DNA of 35,296 bases from Gemmatimonadota bacterium (GCA_003221005.1 QHTZ01000052.1:19968-55263), one strand, 5' to 3'; numbered from the stretch's first letter, positions 9,991 to 20,154 are shown. A program made the numbers and translations. Notes: a model not told the origin generated them from the letters alone.

Positions 9991-10164
9991 TCAGAAGTCC
10001 CGTTTCTTCATCTCCGAGAAGAAGTCACGGCGCTCTGTGTCTTCATCGGTCTCTGGCTGGAGTGTGGCATCATACTGACGGCGCCGCTTGGCTTTCGGCT
10101 TCGCGGCTTTCGCCGCGTTCTTTCGCACCAACGCTGCGAGCTTCTCGTCGTCGGTCTTCGACAC
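9991..10164 (-). CDS. Small charged hypothetical protein (57 aa, not in ORF track)
   Basis: GGGAGG SD 6 nt before GTG; MSKTDDEKLAALVRKNAAKAAKPKAKRRRQYDATLQPETDEDTERRDFFSEMKKRDF. Confidence 0.7.
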   Translation of the reverse strand: MSKTDDEKLAALVRKNAAKAAKPKAKRRRQYDATLQPETDEDTERRDFFSEMKKRDF

Positions 10165-10249
10165 GGTGATCCTCCCGGTGCAGGGCGTCGAGCTCTGTCC
10201 ACCACCATTGAATTCTACATATGGTACGCTGCCGAAGAGTAGGGTTTGA

Positions 10250-11020
10250 CTACCTGCCCGCCAACAGCTCCCCGAGCGCCACGAGATCGATCTGCGCCAC
10301 CCCGTTCACGGACGCCCCCGCCAACACGCGACACGGCCGGCCGGGTTCGCCGAGGTGGTCGAGCACGAGCGCAGCGTCCCGGAAGTCGTGTGTCCGGGTG
10401 TATTCGTTGACGGTGACCACGGTCGCGAGGCCCGCGGCGAGGGCCGCGCGCAGGCCGTTCTCGGAATCCTCGAACGCCACGCACTGGCGTGGCGAGAGAC
10501 CGAGGCGCCGGAGGACGTAGTGGTAGATGTCGGGCGCGGGCTTCTTCGCCGCCACGACGTCACCCGCGGCGATGACGTCGAACCACTGCTCGGCGTCGGG
10601 TGCCAGCGCATGACGCAACAGGGCGCTCACGTTGGCGGGAGTCGTCGTCGTGACGATCGCCAGGCGCACGCCGCGGCGCCGCGCCTCGTCGAGCAGCCGC
10701 CGCACGCCGGGCCGGAGGGGGATCCCGGACTCGGCAAGGAGCGCCGTGTAATGACGCGTCTTCGCTGCGTGCAGCCGGACGATGAGGTCGTCGTAGTCGA
10801 CCGGCGGATGGTAGTCGGGGCGATAGCGCGCGACGTAATGGCGCATCCGCTCTTTGCCGCCGGTGACGGCCAGCAGCTCCCCATACAGCGGTACGTCCCA
10901 CACCCAGTCCAACCCGGCCTCGGCAAACGCCCGGTTGAACGCCACGCGGTGCCCGTCGCGCTCCGTGTCGGCCAGCGTGCCGTCGACGTCGAACAGCAGC
11001 GCCTTGGGGAGCGGAGACAT
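10250..11020 (-). CDS. HAD-superfamily hydrolase, CbbY-like
   Basis: FDVDGTLADTERDGHRVAFN, TGGKERM, KKPAPDIY, FEDSENG. Confidence 0.88.
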   Translation of the reverse strand: MSPLPKALLFDVDGTLADTERDGHRVAFNRAFAEAGLDWVWDVPLYGELLAVTGGKERMRHYVARYRPDYHPPVDYDDLIVRLHAAKTRHYTALLAESGIPLRPGVRRLLDEARRRGVRLAIVTTTTPANVSALLRHALAPDAEQWFDVIAAGDVVAAKKPAPDIYHYVLRRLGLSPRQCVAFEDSENGLRAALAAGLATVVTVNEYTRTHDFRDAALVLDHLGEPGRPCRVLAGASVNGVAQIDLVALGELLAGR

Positions 11021-12297
11021 CAGTCTGCCGTCTCTGCTCGCAACGACAGCGCGAGCACTCCCGCAACCACCAGGCTGGCGGCGAGGACGAAGAGCCCGCT
11101 CTCGAACCGGTGCGTGCGCTCCTTGAGGAACCCCACAACCGTCGGGCCCACGAATCCGCCGATGTTCCCCACCGAGTTGATGAGCGCGATCCCGCCGGCG
11201 GCGGCGGTGCCGCTCAGAAACGCGGTGGGCAGACTCCAGAATGGCCCCAGCGTGCTCCAGATGCCGGTCGCCGCGAGGCAGAGCGCCAGGAACGCGAAAG
11301 TTGGATGACGCTGCACCAGGGCCCCGACGATCAGTCCCACCGCCGCTGCGAACGCCGGCACTGCGACGTGCCGGCGTCTCTCCCCCGTACGATCCGAATG
11401 GCGGGCGACGAGGACCATGCCGACCGAGGCGGCGAGGTAGGGAAGCGCCGAGATCAGGGACGCTGCCGCGTTACTCAGACCGGAGAAACTCTTGACGATC
11501 TGTGGCAGCCAGAACGCCACGCCGTAGAAGCTGATGATCGTGGAGAAGTAGAGCAGGCAGAGTCGCCACACCCGGGCGTGCGTGAGTGCCTGCCACAACG
11601 TGAGGCGGTGCGTCTGCTCCAGGGCCCGCCGCTCCGCCACCAGCGTATCCTCGAGCCACGCCTGCTCCGGTGGCGTGAGCCAGCGCGCCTGGGACGGATG
11701 ATCGGGCAGATAGAATAGGGTGATCACACCCAACACTACGGCCGGCAAGCCCTCGACCAGGAAGAGCCACTGCCACCCGGCCAGGCCGCTCGTTCCGCCG
11801 AGCTGGAGCAGCGCTGCGGAGACCGGGCCGCCGACTACGCCGGCCAGAGCTGTCGATGTGAGAAACAGGGCGAACACGCCGGCCCGGTCCCGGGCGGGGA
11901 TCCAGTTCGTGAGATAGAAGATCATCCCCGGGAGAAATCCTGCCTCCGCGGCGCCAAGCAGGAGCCGCACCACGTAAAAGCTGCCCGGCGCGCGGACAAA
12001 CATCATGCAACAGGACAGCACTCCCCACGTCACCATGATGCGCGCGATCCACCAGCGGGCCCCCACTCGCTGCAGGATCAGGTTGCTGGGGATCTCGCAC
12101 GTCACGTAGCCGGCGAAGAACATGCCGGCCCCCAGTCCATAGACCGCGTCGGAGAGGCCGAGGTCGGCCTTCATCTCCAGCGCCGCGAAGGAGATGTTGA
12201 AGCGGTCGAGGTAATTCACGATGTAGCAGAGAAACAGATAGGGGATGAGCCGGCGGGTGACTCGGCCGGTTACGGCGCGCGGACCAATCATGATCAC
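11020..12297 (-). CDS. MFS transporter, anion:cation symporter (TtuB/RhmT-like) family
   Basis: YLDRFNISFA, EIPSN, LGAAEAGFLPG, GWQWLFLVEGLP, INSVGNIGGF. Confidence 0.92.
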   Translation of the reverse strand: MIMIGPRAVTGRVTRRLIPYLFLCYIVNYLDRFNISFAALEMKADLGLSDAVYGLGAGMFFAGYVTCEIPSNLILQRVGARWWIARIMVTWGVLSCCMMFVRAPGSFYVVRLLLGAAEAGFLPGMIFYLTNWIPARDRAGVFALFLTSTALAGVVGGPVSAALLQLGGTSGLAGWQWLFLVEGLPAVVLGVITLFYLPDHPSQARWLTPPEQAWLEDTLVAERRALEQTHRLTLWQALTHARVWRLCLLYFSTIISFYGVAFWLPQIVKSFSGLSNAAASLISALPYLAASVGMVLVARHSDRTGERRRHVAVPAFAAAVGLIVGALVQRHPTFAFLALCLAATGIWSTLGPFWSLPTAFLSGTAAAGGIALINSVGNIGGFVGPTVVGFLKERTHRFESGLFVLAASLVVAGVLALSLRAETAD

Positions 12298-12346
12298 AGA
12301 CGTCAGACGTCAGACATCAGTGGTCTGACGTCTGATGTCTGATGTC
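12297..12346. repeat. Inverted repeat built from tandem heptamers (CAGAC[G/A]T)x3 / (CTGA[C/T]GT)x3, 22-bp arms, 4-nt loop
   Basis: Arms 12299-12320 and 12325-12346 with 3 mismatches; fills the prx-MFS intergenic gap. Confidence 0.8.
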
Positions 12347-12349
12347 CGT

Positions 12350-12926
12350 CTACGGTCTCGGCTGCGGCACGATGCGCAGATACGGCCGCGGCGCCTTCCA
12401 ACCCATCGGATAGATCTTCTTTGCGTCGTCGTCGGATACGGAGCCCGCGATGATCACGTCCTCGCCCTGCTTCCAATTCACGGGCGTGGAAACCTTGTGC
12501 TTTGCCGTGAGCTGGAGCGAGTCGATCACGCGCAGCACCTCATCGAAGTTTCGCCCCGTGGTCATGGGATACACGATGATGAGCTTGATGCGCTTGTCAG
12601 GGCCGACCACGAAGACGTTGCGCACGGTCTGGTTGTCGGCCGGGGTCGTTCGGCGCGAACCCTTGCGTTTCCTTGATGTCGTTCGACCAGCGCGTGTGAT
12701 TTTCGACTGGATCGACGCTCAGGCCGATGATCTTGGTGCGCCGCTTGTCGAACTCCGGCTTGAGCTTGGCCATGTAGCCGAGCTCGGTCGTGCAGACCGG
12801 TGTGAAGTCCTTCGGATGCGAAAACAGCACCGCCCAGGAGTCGCCGATCCACTCGTGGAAGCGGATGCGGCCCTCTGTCGTCTGGGCCTCGAAATCGGGA
12901 GCGAGATCGCCTATCTGCAGAGCCAT
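12350..12926 (-). pseudogene. 1-Cys peroxiredoxin (Prx6) with an out-of-frame internal deletion near 12650
   Basis: N-half FSHPKDFTPVCTTE...QGFAPN joins directly, in another frame, to TPADNQTVRNVFVVGPDK...TPVNW; the usual YP.I.D....V..LYGM segment is missing. Confidence 0.85.
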
Positions 12927-13006
12927 CGGACACCTCCAGCAGTTGAAAGTCTGTTCATAATCTCTCCGGCCGCCGGGGGCTGTCCAGTAATGGCCACCGC
13001 GAGGTG

Positions 13007-13285
13007 TTAACGCTGGTGGCGCCGCAGGGCGTCCTCGATCTCATCCATGGTAAACGTATTCAGCTGCACGACCTTCGCCGTCGACCGGAAGGCGGGAGGC
13101 ACGATGCCCCGGGCCTCATCCTTGCTCGCGACATCTACGATCATCCATGCTTTGTGGTCACCGTCCACGCACCCCCAGTCGGCGCGCGTGAGAAAGTGCG
13201 ACCCCGTCCTGAGAAACACCTCGACGACGCGGGCGCAGGCGGCTGCGTCCCCTTCATGGGGAACCTCAATGAGGAATCGCGCCAT
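13007..13285 (-). CDS. Hypothetical protein (92 aa)
   Basis: AGGAGA SD, normal composition, co-oriented with its neighbours. Confidence 0.75.
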   Translation of the reverse strand: MARFLIEVPHEGDAAACARVVEVFLRTGSHFLTRADWGCVDGDHKAWMIVDVASKDEARGIVPPAFRSTAKVVQLNTFTMDEIEDALRRHQR

Positions 13286-13299
13286 TCACCGTCTCCTCT

Positions 13300-13956
13300 T
13301 TAGAACAATCTGCGCTTGAGCTGGTCCACGCTGAACTTGGCGGTGTCCGCCGTGGCCATCACGGTCATGACGCCCGCCTGCACCGGGTCGGTGACGACGA
13401 GGTCGGCGGCCGCCGGTACGCTTCCCGCCATGTTGAGGCTCACGACCAGCAGGCCCTGCGCCCGCACTTCGCGCACCGCGCGCTCGATCTCACCGCCCAT
13501 CAACGAGCCCGCCAGCACCAACGCGGATGCTCGAGGGAGGCGCGGCACGGCACGCACGGCATCCGCGAGGGGCTGCTCGCCCACCAGCGGAATCGTGTCG
13601 ACCGAGATATGCTCGCCGCGGATGTTGTGGCGGTCGGCTTCCGAAATGGCGCCGATCGCCACCTGCCCCACCTGAGCGCCGCCGCCCATGATGATGACCC
13701 GCTTCCCGTAGATCACCTGCAGCGTCTTGACGAGGGCCACCTCGCGCACGATAGGGAGGGCTCGGAGCTCCTCGACCAGTCCCTCCGGAGGCTCCGGTGT
13801 CTCGATCTCGAAGTAGATGCGAGCCTCGCCGCCCGCCTGCCCGATGATTTCCACGGTCGAGATGTCGCCCCGGCGCTTGGCGATCACGCCGGTCAGCTGG
13901 TGCAGGACGCCCGGGCCGGAATCGGCCCGAACAGTGACGCCGAACTTTTCCGCCAT
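13300..13956 (-). CDS. ACT-domain plus conserved C-terminal domain protein (DUF5612-like)
   Basis: ACT-like PGVLHQLTGVIA; conserved IYGKRVIIMGGGAQV..VA.GAISEADRHNIRGE.ISVDTIPLVGE block. Confidence 0.8.
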   Translation of the reverse strand: MAEKFGVTVRADSGPGVLHQLTGVIAKRRGDISTVEIIGQAGGEARIYFEIETPEPPEGLVEELRALPIVREVALVKTLQVIYGKRVIIMGGGAQVGQVAIGAISEADRHNIRGEHISVDTIPLVGEQPLADAVRAVPRLPRASALVLAGSLMGGEIERAVREVRAQGLLVVSLNMAGSVPAAADLVVTDPVQAGVMTVMATADTAKFSVDQLKRRLF

Positions 13957-14008
13957 TTCGTTGAACCCCCCTCGGAGACCGCGCCTAAGCTGCTGGGTCT
14001 CGGATCAC

Positions 14009-14569
14009 CTAGCGAGGCCACAGCCAGCCGAAGGTGCCCGCCGTCAGCAGCGCGTAGACCAAGCCGTCCACCGTGCCCTTGAACGTGGTGAGCCAGGAGC
14101 GGCGATACCAGATGGACATCGGCCACAGCGCCGCCGCGTACGCGAGGAAGGCGGTGACGCCGACGAACCGGAACACGCGCAGGTACTCCGCACCGACGCC
14201 CAGCGCGCGCCCCGCCACGTACGCCGCGAAGAAGCTGATAACGACGCAGTAGACGAACCACTGGACCATATTCCTTCCCATCGCCATCGAGCCACCCGGC
14301 ATCACGGTGAACATCATGACCGGGCCCCGCTTGAACTTTTCCATGAACTGCGGTGAGCGCATCTCCTGCCTGCTCAACGGGCGGGGCATCATGTAGTCCC
14401 CAGGGGGAATCCCGAACGGGCGGAGCGCGTCCATCACCCTGTCCTCGTTCGGCACCCCGGGGTAGTCGCTCTTGTGCCACCCCGACAGCATGTGGATGAG
14501 GGAGCTGGCGACGAACACGATCACCGCCGACAGCAGGATGGGGAGCCACAGCGCGGCGAGCCCGACCAT
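14009..14569 (-). CDS. Hypothetical membrane protein
   Basis: AGGAGG SD, 4 TM segments, ends GWLWPR. Confidence 0.8.
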   Translation of the reverse strand: MVGLAALWLPILLSAVIVFVASSLIHMLSGWHKSDYPGVPNEDRVMDALRPFGIPPGDYMMPRPLSRQEMRSPQFMEKFKRGPVMMFTVMPGGSMAMGRNMVQWFVYCVVISFFAAYVAGRALGVGAEYLRVFRFVGVTAFLAYAAALWPMSIWYRRSWLTTFKGTVDGLVYALLTAGTFGWLWPR

Positions 14570-14673
14570 GACGACCTCCTGTAGGGGACCAGTCCCGCAA
14601 AGCTGCGGGCCGATCGGCGCCGGCGCCAGAGCGCCGCAGCGGGCGCGCGCGCGCCGCAGTACACTTCGCTCCG

Positions 14674-17430
14674 ATGACCACGAGTCACCAGTTCGCTACC
14701 GTCCCCCTCCCCCCGCCCATCGCGCGGCCAGAGGACGCACCGCTGCGCCAGGACGTGCGCTGGCTCGCGGCCGCGCTGGGCCGCGTGGTGCACCGGCTGG
14801 AGGGAGCAGCCGCGTTCCGAGCCGTGGAGGACATGCGCCGGGCCTGCCGTGCCCGGCGTCTGGGGGCGTCCGGCGCGCCCGACCTGGACGCGCTGCTCGC
14901 GGTCACGCGATCCCTGCCGGTGGCGACCGCCCGGCTCACGGCCCGCGCGTTCACGCTGTTCTTCATCCTGATCAACGCCGCCGAGCAGGCCCATCGGGCC
15001 AGGCGGTCGCGCCACGGCGATGGGTCAGCGGGGGGCGCGCACCGTGGATCGGTCCGCTGGACGCTGCGACGCCTGCGGGAAGCGGGCCGCGGCGCCGCGG
15101 AGGTCGCCCGCGCACTGGAGGCGCTCGACGTCCGGCCGGTGCTCACCGCGCACCCCACCGAGTCTGCACGGCGCACGATCCTCGACCTCCAGGCGCGCGT
15201 GGCGGAGGGTCTCCTGGCACGCGACGGTGCGCCCGAGGCCGAGCGCCGCGCGATCGAGGCGCAGCTGGAAGGAGAGGTCGAGCTCCTCTGGCTCACGGAG
15301 GAGGTCCGCCGCGACCGCCTGTCGGTCATGGATGAGGTGTCGAACGCCCTGTGGTACCTGGAAGATCGTCTGCTCGAGGCCGCGGCACGCGTGCGCGAGC
15401 GGCTGGTCCAGGCGTTCGAGGACGAGTACGCCACCGCGCCCCCTCCCGCGATCCTCCTTACGCTGGGCAGCTGGGTGGGAGGCGACCGGGACGGCAACCC
15501 CTTCGTCACCGCGGACGCCACCCTTGCCGCCGCGCGGCGCGCGCGCCGCGCGGTGCTCAGCCATTACGCGAGCGCCCTGACCGACCTCGGCGCGCGGCTC
15601 TCCGTGTCGGGGCGCCTCGCCGCCCCGCCGCTTGAGCTGCGTGCCTCGCTCGCGCGCGACAGCGCCGAGCTACCGGGCGTCCTCGAGCAACACCGCCGGC
15701 GTGACGTGGACGAGCCACTCCGCCTCAAGCTGAGCTTCATGCACGCGCGGATCGAGGCTGATCCCCCGGGCTACGCTTCGCCACGCGAATTCGAGCGCGA
15801 CCTCGTCCTGCTGGGGGACGCGCTCGACGCCGCGGGGGCGGCGCACGCGAGGCGCGCCCTAGTGGATCCGCTCGTCGCCCGCGTGCGCGCGCACGGCTTT
15901 CATGGCTACCGCCTCGATGTTCGCGAAGACGCGAGCGTCCACACGCGCGCCCTAGCAGAGCTCGCGATGGCGGCGGGACTGAGCCTGGCTGACGGCGCCG
16001 CCATCCGGGGGGAGCTGGCGAGCCCACCCCGGCGCGCGCCGCGCGTCGCTCTCATGGAGTCCACTGAGCGGGTGATCGAGGTATTCCGGGTGATGCGGGC
16101 GATTCAGGACGAGATCGGAGCGGCCGCGGCAGCGACGTATATCGTGTCCCGCACACGGTCCGCCGACGACCTGCTGCGAGTCTTGCTGCTCGCACGCGAG
16201 GCGGGGCTCGTGGACCTCTCGCCTGAGCCGCCGCGCTCGCATATCGACGTCGTCCCGCTGTTCGAGACGCTCGACGACCTGGACCACGCCCCGCGCGTCG
16301 TGGGCGCGCTGCTCGACGACCCGATGTGGCGCCGGCAGCTCGAGGCCCGCGGGCGCCATCAGGAAGTGATGCTCGGCTACTCCGACTCCGCTAAGGACGC
16401 GGGATTGTTGCCCTCGGCGTGGGCCCTCTACCGAGTACAGGAGGAGGTAGCGCGGGCCTGCGCCGGCGCCGGAGTCTCCTGGACGCTGTTCCACGGCCGC
16501 GGCGGCACGGTGGGCCGCGGGGGAGGGTCGCCGGTCGCGCGAGCGCTCACGGCGCTCCCCCCAGGCACGATCCACGGCGGCATCAAGATCACCGAGCAGG
16601 GCGAGGTCGTGTCCCAGACATTCGGACTCCTGTCCATCGCGGAGCGGAGCCTGGAGCTGATGCTGAGCGGCGCCCTGCTCCATCAGTTCGAGGATTGGCG
16701 CGCGGCGCTCGAGTCCGGGGAGGAAGGGCGGTTCCGGGAGGTCATGGATCAGCTGGCGGCGCTGGCGCTGCCCTGCTACCGCACTGCGGTCTTCGAAAGC
16801 TCGCACCTATTCCGGCTGTTCCTCGAAACAACTCCCGTCCGGGAGCTCGAGCACGTGCGCTTCGGCTCGCGGCCCGCCTACCGCGAGCCGGCGGCGGAGA
16901 CGATGGCGGGCATCCGCGCCATCCCCTGGGTGTTCGGCTGGACGCAGACGCGCCTCATGCTCCCGGGATGGCTGGGGGTGGGCACGGCGCTCGACGCGGT
17001 GGCTGCCGAGCCGGGAGGCCTGGACGTGCTCCGCCGCATGGCGCAGGCCTGGCCGTTCTTCGACGACCTGCTCGGGAAGGTGGAGATGGTGTGCGCCAAA
17101 GCTGATCTCGCGATCGCCCGGTTGTACGTGCGGGAGCTGGGTGGGGATGGCGATCTCCGGTTATTCGAGCAGCTGGAGGAGGAGTTTCGCCGCACGATTG
17201 CCGTGCTGCTGCGCATCCGGGAGAGCGACTATCTGATGCGGGACAATCCCATGCTCCAGACGGCGATCGGGCTGCGGAATCCGTACGTCGATCCACTGTC
17301 GCTGCTCCAGATCACCCTGCTGCGGCGCAAGCGCGACGCCGCGCCCGACGACCCGGAGCTCGCTCCTGTGAGCGCGGCCCTCGCCTCGACCCTCAACGGT
17401 ATCGCCCAGGGGCTGCGCAACACCGGCTAA
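14674..17430 (+). CDS. ppc: Phosphoenolpyruvate carboxylase
   Basis: [48 protein letters not shown] and C-terminal GLRNTG. Confidence 0.98.
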   Translation: MTTSHQFATVPLPPPIARPEDAPLRQDVRWLAAALGRVVHRLEGAAAFRAVEDMRRACRARRLGASGAPDLDALLAVTRSLPVATARLTARAFTLFFILINAAEQAHRARRSRHGDGSAGGAHRGSVRWTLRRLREAGRGAAEVARALEALDVRPVLTAHPTESARRTILDLQARVAEGLLARDGAPEAERRAIEAQLEGEVELLWLTEEVRRDRLSVMDEVSNALWYLEDRLLEAAARVRERLVQAFEDEYATAPPPAILLTLGSWVGGDRDGNPFVTADATLAAARRARRAVLSHYASALTDLGARLSVSGRLAAPPLELRASLARDSAELPGVLEQHRRRDVDEPLRLKLSFMHARIEADPPGYASPREFERDLVLLGDALDAAGAAHARRALVDPLVARVRAHGFHGYRLDVREDASVHTRALAELAMAAGLSLADGAAIRGELASPPRRAPRVALMESTERVIEVFRVMRAIQDEIGAAAAATYIVSRTRSADDLLRVLLLAREAGLVDLSPEPPRSHIDVVPLFETLDDLDHAPRVVGALLDDPMWRRQLEARGRHQEVMLGYSDSAKDAGLLPSAWALYRVQEEVARACAGAGVSWTLFHGRGGTVGRGGGSPVARALTALPPGTIHGGIKITEQGEVVSQTFGLLSIAERSLELMLSGALLHQFEDWRAALESGEEGRFREVMDQLAALALPCYRTAVFESSHLFRLFLETTPVRELEHVRFGSRPAYREPAAETMAGIRAIPWVFGWTQTRLMLPGWLGVGTALDAVAAEPGGLDVLRRMAQAWPFFDDLLGKVEMVCAKADLAIARLYVRELGGDGDLRLFEQLEEEFRRTIAVLLRIRESDYLMRDNPMLQTAIGLRNPYVDPLSLLQITLLRRKRDAAPDDPELAPVSAALASTLNGIAQGLRNTG

Positions 17431-17571
17431 CGCCGGGCAGACGGGCCATGAGCTGCCGCGCATAGGCCCGAGCGATCGTGAGCGGGTGGGTCAGGGCGGT
17501 GACGAACCGCCCCAGGGCGCCGAGGGGCGCGCACGTGCTCCTCGACGATCCGCAGTCGGGCCGCCAGGTTC

Positions 17572-17760
17572 TCAGCCGCGTTCATCAGCGCTGGGGCCGT
17601 ACATCGACGGCACAGGCACGTCGATAAGACGCAGGTAGACGCTCAGCTGCCCGCGATGATGCACCATGTGGTTGATGTGCATGCGCACAACCGCCCGGCG
17701 CGGCAGGGTCATCGGGACATGATCGCCGTGCTTGAGGGACCAGGGCACGGCGATCGTCAT
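17572..17760 (-). pseudogene. DinB-family protein reduced to MTIA plus the C-terminal part (internal deletion)
   Basis: 62 aa only; NHMVHHRGQLSVYLRL.DVPVPSMYGPSADE is the DinB C-terminus, and such proteins are usually about 160 aa. Confidence 0.75.
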
Positions 17761-17770
17761 ACGGGTCTCA

Positions 17771-18217
17771 TCAGGCGCGCGTGAGGCTGCCCTCCTCGCG
17801 ATGTATGACGTAGACAGTTCTGCCGGGAGGCCGCGCCCCCACCTCCTTCATGCCGAGCTTCGTGGCGATCGATCGAGCCCCCTCGTTGCTATCGTCGATG
17901 CAGGCGAGGACGCGCTCGAGCTTGGCGGTGCCGAAGGCCCAGGCGAGAACCAGGTTGCAGGCTTGCTTGGCAAAGCCGTGCAATTGGGCTTCAGATCTCA
18001 TGGCACAGATGAGCTCGAAGTCATTCCCGTCCAGCGCCTGCGATCGGACGAGGCCCGCGACCCCCAGGCTCGTTTGCCCCTCCGTGACCGCGAACATGTG
18101 GTGGGTATGCTCCGTATCCGGCAGCGGCAGCGTGCCGATGAACTCCCAGACGTCGTCCTGCTCTTCCAGGGCGCTGAGCAGCGCGTCGTCGGATTCAGTC
18201 AGCGGCCGCAGCTGCAT
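17771..18217 (-). CDS. GNAT (RimJ/RimL-like) acetyltransferase
   Basis: LRPL...D, G.A......LAWAF....LERV.A.ID..N..ARSIATKLGM. Confidence 0.85.
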   Translation of the reverse strand: MQLRPLTESDDALLSALEEQDDVWEFIGTLPLPDTEHTHHMFAVTEGQTSLGVAGLVRSQALDGNDFELICAMRSEAQLHGFAKQACNLVLAWAFGTAKLERVLACIDDSNEGARSIATKLGMKEVGARPPGRTVYVIHREEGSLTRA

Positions 18218-18220
18218 GGC

Positions 18221-18736
18221 TCAAGCGGGCCCCTGCGACCACTGGGCCGTGCCGACTGGCTCGGGGCGGAACCGCTTCGCAGCGGCGATGCCCAGTGCGA
18301 CGAACAGCACCATGACGACGACCTGCGTGAACACGAATGGCGGCTCGGTCTGGGTGGGTGCCAGCGTAGACAAGGCCGGCACTCTTCGGAACAGCTGCAC
18401 GATCAAGACGAAGACATTTAGATAGAGGGCGAGCACCGCGCCGACTACGTAGATCCAGCGCCAAGGTCCCGCCAGGCGCCTGGCGTAGAGCCCGAAGGTC
18501 GCAGGAACCAGGACCACGAGCGACACGATGCCGACGGCGTGGGATGGCAGGAAGCGAAAGAACGGGAAGCCGAACCCGGTCACGCTCGTCGCCGCCGTCG
18601 TCGCCAGAAACACCGCCGTCCACGTGCCGAGGCGTCTCGCAGTGAGCAAACCGACAAGGACCACCAGTCCGGAGACGATCCCGACGAGGCTCACCACGAC
18701 GTGGACGAATGTGTACGTCGTCATGCCGAAGATCAT
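18221..18736 (-). CDS. Hypothetical membrane protein
   Basis: Hydrophobic 171 aa from MIFGMTTYTFVHVVVSL; LAPTQTEPPF motif. Confidence 0.8.
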   Translation of the reverse strand: MIFGMTTYTFVHVVVSLVGIVSGLVVLVGLLTARRLGTWTAVFLATTAATSVTGFGFPFFRFLPSHAVGIVSLVVLVPATFGLYARRLAGPWRWIYVVGAVLALYLNVFVLIVQLFRRVPALSTLAPTQTEPPFVFTQVVVMVLFVALGIAAAKRFRPEPVGTAQWSQGPA

Positions 18737-18756
18737 GGAGGGCGTCCTTTCGGCGC

Positions 18757-19092
18757 TTAAGGTGCGGGCGACTCGCCCGCTGGCGCAAGGTCGTCGGGCG
18801 GAAGCTGTACCGCCGCGTCGGGGCCCACAACTGTAGTCCATTCGCGGACTCGCCAGCGTTTGACCAACCCGTGCGTGACGTAGGGGTCGGCGGCCGCGAA
18901 CGCTTCCGCCACAGCCGGCGAGGACCCGCGGAACAGCAGGACCGCTCCATCAACGGGGTGGGCGAGCGCCCCAGCGAGCATGAGCTCGCCCCGAGCCACG
19001 GAGCGCTGAGCGTACGCGAGGTGTGCGGCGCGCAGCGGCAGTCGTCGTTCGGTGTAGTCGGCGACTACATCGTAGAAGAGGAGATAATGCAC
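18757..19092 (-). CDS. YciI-like protein
   Basis: HYLLFYD...Y.ERR...R.AHL, LAGAL..PVDGAVLLF, FAAADPYV..GLV..W.VREW. Confidence 0.9.
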   Translation of the reverse strand: MHYLLFYDVVADYTERRLPLRAAHLAYAQRSVARGELMLAGALAHPVDGAVLLFRGSSPAVAEAFAAADPYVTHGLVKRWRVREWTTVVGPDAAVQLPPDDLAPAGESPAP

Positions 19093-19096
19093 GGGT

Positions 19097-19246
19097 TCAC
19101 GATTCCCCTGACGAGAGTCTCGGCAGCCACCGCCGCACCCGGCGACAGTAGGCGTCGTACTCCTGACCGAAAGTCCGGCGTAGCGTCGGCTCCTCGTACC
19201 ACAGCACGAAGAGGTGGGCGACGAGGAGGAACAGCGCCGTGTGGCC
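19097..19246 (-). pseudogene. C-terminal remnant of an isoprenylcysteine carboxylmethyltransferase (PEMT/ICMT)-family gene
   Basis: Manual translation GHTALFLLVAHLFVLWYEEPTLRRTFGQEYDAYCRRVRRWLPR*; no start and no N-terminal part. Confidence 0.75.
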
Positions 19247-19291
19247 GGCCAGAGGGCTTGACTGGTAATGCCGCGCGCACCAGGACGATCG

Positions 19292-19516
19292 TTAGACGGC
19301 AGCCTCGGTCGCGGCCCCACGGACGTGGAGCGACTGAAACAGCACCTGACCTGCCGCAGCCACATCGCGCACCGCGGCATTGAACGCCGCCTCGTTCGCC
19401 TGCGACGGAGCATGGAACCCACTGATCTTGCGAACGAATTGGAGTGCGGCGTCGTGCAGCTCGTCAGCCGTCGGCTGGCGGTTGGGCTGGCGCAGACGCT
19501 TGATGTTCCGGCACAT
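19292..19516 (-). CDS. DUF2277-family protein
   Basis: MCRNIK.L......T.DE..AALQFVRKISGF..PS.AN..AF..AV. Confidence 0.9.
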   Translation of the reverse strand: MCRNIKRLRQPNRQPTADELHDAALQFVRKISGFHAPSQANEAAFNAAVRDVAAAGQVLFQSLHVRGAATEAAV

Positions 19517-19634
19517 GTTGGAGCCCTTCCTCAGTGTGCGCAGCGATCTCAGGGATCGCGCGTAAGGTGCGGTGCCCTGGCGAACTTGGCAATTCAGTGC
19601 ATGACGGCCGCCAGCGGGCCTACGCGCGGGCAGG

Positions 19635-20087
19635 CTATTGTGGCCCCGCCGGCACGAGGTAGTCGTGGGCGGCGACGATCTGCCAGCGCCCGCCCCGACG
19701 TACCCAAGTATCTGTGAAACGATAGCGGCGACGGAACGGTCCGTTCGCGCCGTGGCCGCTCACGCTCAGCCATCCGGTGACGACCGCCGTCGCACCGAAG
19801 CGATGGACCTGCATGTCCTCGTTGTGCGCCGCCTCCACGGTGTCCGGCCCGGCCACGATATCGTGCAGCACGGCAGCGCGACCGACGGTGCGATCGTTCT
19901 CGCTGTAGATGAATCCGTCCGCGAGGAGTCGCTGAAACACTGCGGCATCGCGCCGGATCAAGGCCACAGCCCAATCGTCCTCCAGGCGGAGCAGCGCGCG
20001 GGCCACCGTGTCCTGCGCGCTGACGCTCTGCGAAGCGGCAACGAGGAGGGCGACGATTACGCTGCGGCGCCAAGAGTGAATGATCAC
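19635..20087 (-). CDS. Secreted NTF2-like (DUF4440) protein (start uncertain)
   Basis: Signal peptide; LE..W..A....D......LLADGF, V..FG.TAVVTG, RFTDTWVRR.GRWQ.VA.H. Confidence 0.85.
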   Translation of the reverse strand: MIIHSWRRSVIVALLVAASQSVSAQDTVARALLRLEDDWAVALIRRDAAVFQRLLADGFIYSENDRTVGRAAVLHDIVAGPDTVEAAHNEDMQVHRFGATAVVTGWLSVSGHGANGPFRRRYRFTDTWVRRGGRWQIVAAHDYLVPAGPQ

Positions 20088-20154
20088 AGGGTAGAATTCT
20101 ACCACAGACGCCGGGCGCCGTCAGCTTATCATGACGAAAAGGAGCAGACGTGCA

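Noticed and set aside
12597-12660. Programmed frameshift in the peroxiredoxin
   Set aside because: No slippery site, and a conserved block is missing, so a deletion explains it better
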